Positions 42,259-44,147 of a stretch of 44,147 bases of DNA are shown one piece after another. Under the pieces are notes generated by a model. The model saw only the letters and a list, made by a program, of their open reading frames with translations. It did no database searches and was not told the origin of the DNA. The stretch is from Pseudomonadales bacterium. GTDB taxonomy: Bacteria; Pseudomonadota; Gammaproteobacteria; Pseudomonadales; Pseudohongiellaceae. How positions within the stretch are numbered: the stretch's first letter is position 1; each line of letters begins with the position of its first letter. A program made the position numbers and the translations under genes. The stretch spans positions 1-44,147 of the forward strand of contig JANQSV010000087.1 in assembly GCA_028279115.1 (NCBI GenBank), given 5' to 3'.

Positions 42259-44147
42259 CTACCCGTCTCCGAGCGACAGGGTCACACTGCCGTAAAAGAA
42301 GCGCCCGACATTGTCGAAAATGCCGCTGCCCGCACCTGCGCCGGTAAGGCCGAATGGCAGGTCTTGGTCGAAGAGGTTGTCGACGCCGACGGCGACTCGA
42401 ACGTTGTCGGTCAAGTCGTAGCGGAAATTGAGGTCGGCATACCAGGTATTGTCGGTGAACAATGGATCCTGGGCATCCGGGTTGACCGCCAGATCTTCCA
42501 GGTCGATACGGGCCATCGATTCGATGTAGCGCGTGGACCAGTTGACGCTGAGCGGACCGCGATAGTAGGAGATGTCGACCTGACCGGAGAATTCCGGATC
42601 ACCGAGCCCGCCGGCGTCTTCTTCCTTCAAATCGGGGTCGGACTGGAACGGGAAACTGGTGAGGTTTTCCAGATAGGTCGCGATCATGCGCAGGCGCAGG
42701 TCGCCGCCGCGGAAGTCAAACGAGTAGCTGCCTTCCACGTCGACACCGGAAGCCTCGAGCGCGGCAATGTTCTGCTGCGTCGAGACGATCAGGCTGATGT
42801 TATTGGTTGCATCGCGCGTGATGAGCCGGCAAAACTCGTTGTCGATGCCGGACGGCGCATCAACGCAGCGATTCAGGATGTCCTGGGCGGCGGGCACGCC
42901 GATGGCGTCGGTGATGGTGATATCCCAGTAATCGATCGCGATACCGAGGTTCTCGATCGGCTCAAGCACCGCGCCGAGGGTGAAGGACTCGCTTTTCTCT
43001 TCGGCGAGATTCGGATTGCCGCCGGAAAGCCCTTCGCGGGTCACCTGATCCATTGCGTCAAAGCCGACCGGAATGCCGAGCGCGCGGCAGTTCATTTCAC
43101 GCACGTCGCGGCCGTTGCGGCCAAGGTCGAGGCGATCGTCGCTGCATGGGTCCAGCACGCCGAAGAAGTTCTGGTTCTGAGGCCCGAAGAGTTCGCCGAT
43201 GTTCGGCGCCCGCACGGCTTCGGAATAGGTGCCCCTGAAACGAATCTGGTCGATCGGCGTCCATTCCAGGCCCGCCTTCCAGGTCAAGGTCGAACCGATT
43301 ACCGAATAATCCGACCAGCGGCCCGCGACATCGATAGCCAGTTCCCGCGCCAGCGGCGCGTCGCTCAACAGCGGCAGGCGGAACTCGGTGAAGAGTTCAT
43401 TCACATCGTATTCGCCGGATTCCGGCAAAAGCACATTGAGGAAGGTCAGGCCCAGACCGTCGACCGGATCGGGGTTGTCCTGGCTCGTTTCCCTGCGGTA
43501 CTCGAAACCGGCGGCAAAGCCGAGAGGCCCCGCCGGCAGATCGAACAGCGAACCCGAAACCACCGCGTTGGCGACCGTTTGATCGATTTTCGCGGTGCGC
43601 ACCGAGGTGACCGTATAGTAGTCGATGGCTTGCTGGCTTACCGCGCCTTCGCCAAACAGGTTCATTGGGACGCAACCGCCGCCAACGAGTTCACCGTTGA
43701 GCGGGCGGCCGAGGCTGGTGTTTTCCGCTGATGGATCGAGCGTGTAGCGGCAGACGGCCTGACCCGTCGCGGGATCGATGACAGCGTCCGCCGCCGCGAA
43801 GAAACGCTCGTTGACGCGGTTGGCGAGATCGAATTGTTCCGAGGTGCTGCGACCGTAAATCAGGTTCGCCTCGTAGTTTATCCGCTCGTTCACGGGGCCG
43901 GATATGCCGGCCACAATCCGTCCCGTCTGGCGTTCGTTGTGCTGGCCGCGCAAGCCGGCATCGACGTTGAAACGGCGCAATCCAAACGAATCCACGCCGG
44001 CCTCCTGCATCAGCGCGAGCAGGTCGCCGCCCGCGAGGCCCGGAATATAGGCGTTGTCGGAGGCAATCGACAGGTTGCCGTTGTTGAAGTGCGGCTGACC
44101 GGTGCCGCTGGCCTGGGAGTTCACATACTTGCCCTCGAGATGCAGCT
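42259..44147 (-). CDS. TonB-dependent receptor, C-terminal part (5' end lies beyond the window)
   Basis: The frame is open to the window edge; the ORF-track M at 44124 is an internal GTG. Beta-barrel repeats typical of TBDRs (..RFRGTYSEAVRAPNIGELF.., ..NLFDQD..). Confidence 0.88.
   Translation of the reverse strand, partial: LHLEGKYVNSQASGTGQPHFNNGNLSIASDNAYIPGLAGGDLLALMQEAGVDSFGLRRFNVDAGLRGQHNERQTGRIVAGISGPVNERINYEANLIYGRSTSEQFDLANRVNERFFAAADAVIDPATGQAVCRYTLDPSAENTSLGRPLNGELVGGGCVPMNLFGEGAVSQQAIDYYTVTSVRTAKIDQTVANAVVSGSLFDLPAGPLGFAAGFEYRRETSQDNPDPVDGLGLTFLNVLLPESGEYDVNELFTEFRLPLLSDAPLARELAIDVAGRWSDYSVIGSTLTWKAGLEWTPIDQIRFRGTYSEAVRAPNIGELFGPQNQNFFGVLDPCSDDRLDLGRNGRDVREMNCRALGIPVGFDAMDQVTREGLSGGNPNLAEEKSESFTLGAVLEPIENLGIAIDYWDITITDAIGVPAAQDILNRCVDAPSGIDNEFCRLITRDATNNISLIVSTQQNIAALEASGVDVEGSYSFDFRGGDLRLRMIATYLENLTSFPFQSDPDLKEEDAGGLGDPEFSGQVDISYYRGPLSVNWSTRYIESMARIDLEDLAVNPDAQDPLFTDNTWYADLNFRYDLTDNVRVAVGVDNLFDQDLPFGLTGAGAGSGIFDNVGRFFYGSVTLSLGDG

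Overview
This is a 44.1-kb, visibly GC-rich bacterial chromosomal segment. Gene content (three TonB-dependent receptors, PQQ dehydrogenase, periplasmic hydrolases) looks like an environmental or marine Gammaproteobacterium, but the taxon cannot be determined from the sequence. Most of the window is ordinary core genome: ggt, a MATE pump, DUF418, a DUF411/CopG-like protein, a Tat-exported amidase, gcd, trhO, sseA, DUF3014, a cyclase, an M28 peptidase, GST and an aldehyde dehydrogenase. Four things stand out. (1) A Bcp-type peroxiredoxin (19666-20199, minus) has TGA exactly at the peroxidatic-Cys codon, followed by a SECIS-like hairpin. It is probably a selenoprotein that the ORF track splits in two. 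(2) A visibly less GC-rich defence island of about 10 kb (about 25.0-34.9 kb) is bracketed by two inverted higBA pairs. It holds a membrane-anchored SNase-like nuclease and a Type I R-M operon with passenger genes between and after hsdM and hsdS. The passengers are an unknown 83-aa ORF, a HEPN (HI0074-type) protein, an MNT nucleotidyltransferase fused in frame to HsdS, a GIY-YIG/DUF4357 protein and a RhuM-Fic protein. hsdR survives only as a C-terminal remnant next to a truncated HTH gene, which looks like a deletion scar. (3) A decay zone to the right holds a multiply disrupted PQQ-dehydrogenase pseudogene, a degenerate S41-like gene and a third higBA pair. (4) At least three families of structured intergenic repeats (REP/MITE-like, some with perfect 12-15 bp terminal inverted repeats) fill many intergenic gaps and inflate several ORF-track N-termini. 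No rRNA, tRNA, CRISPR array, integrase or transposase was recognised. All homology statements come from motif recognition by eye, and no database search was run.
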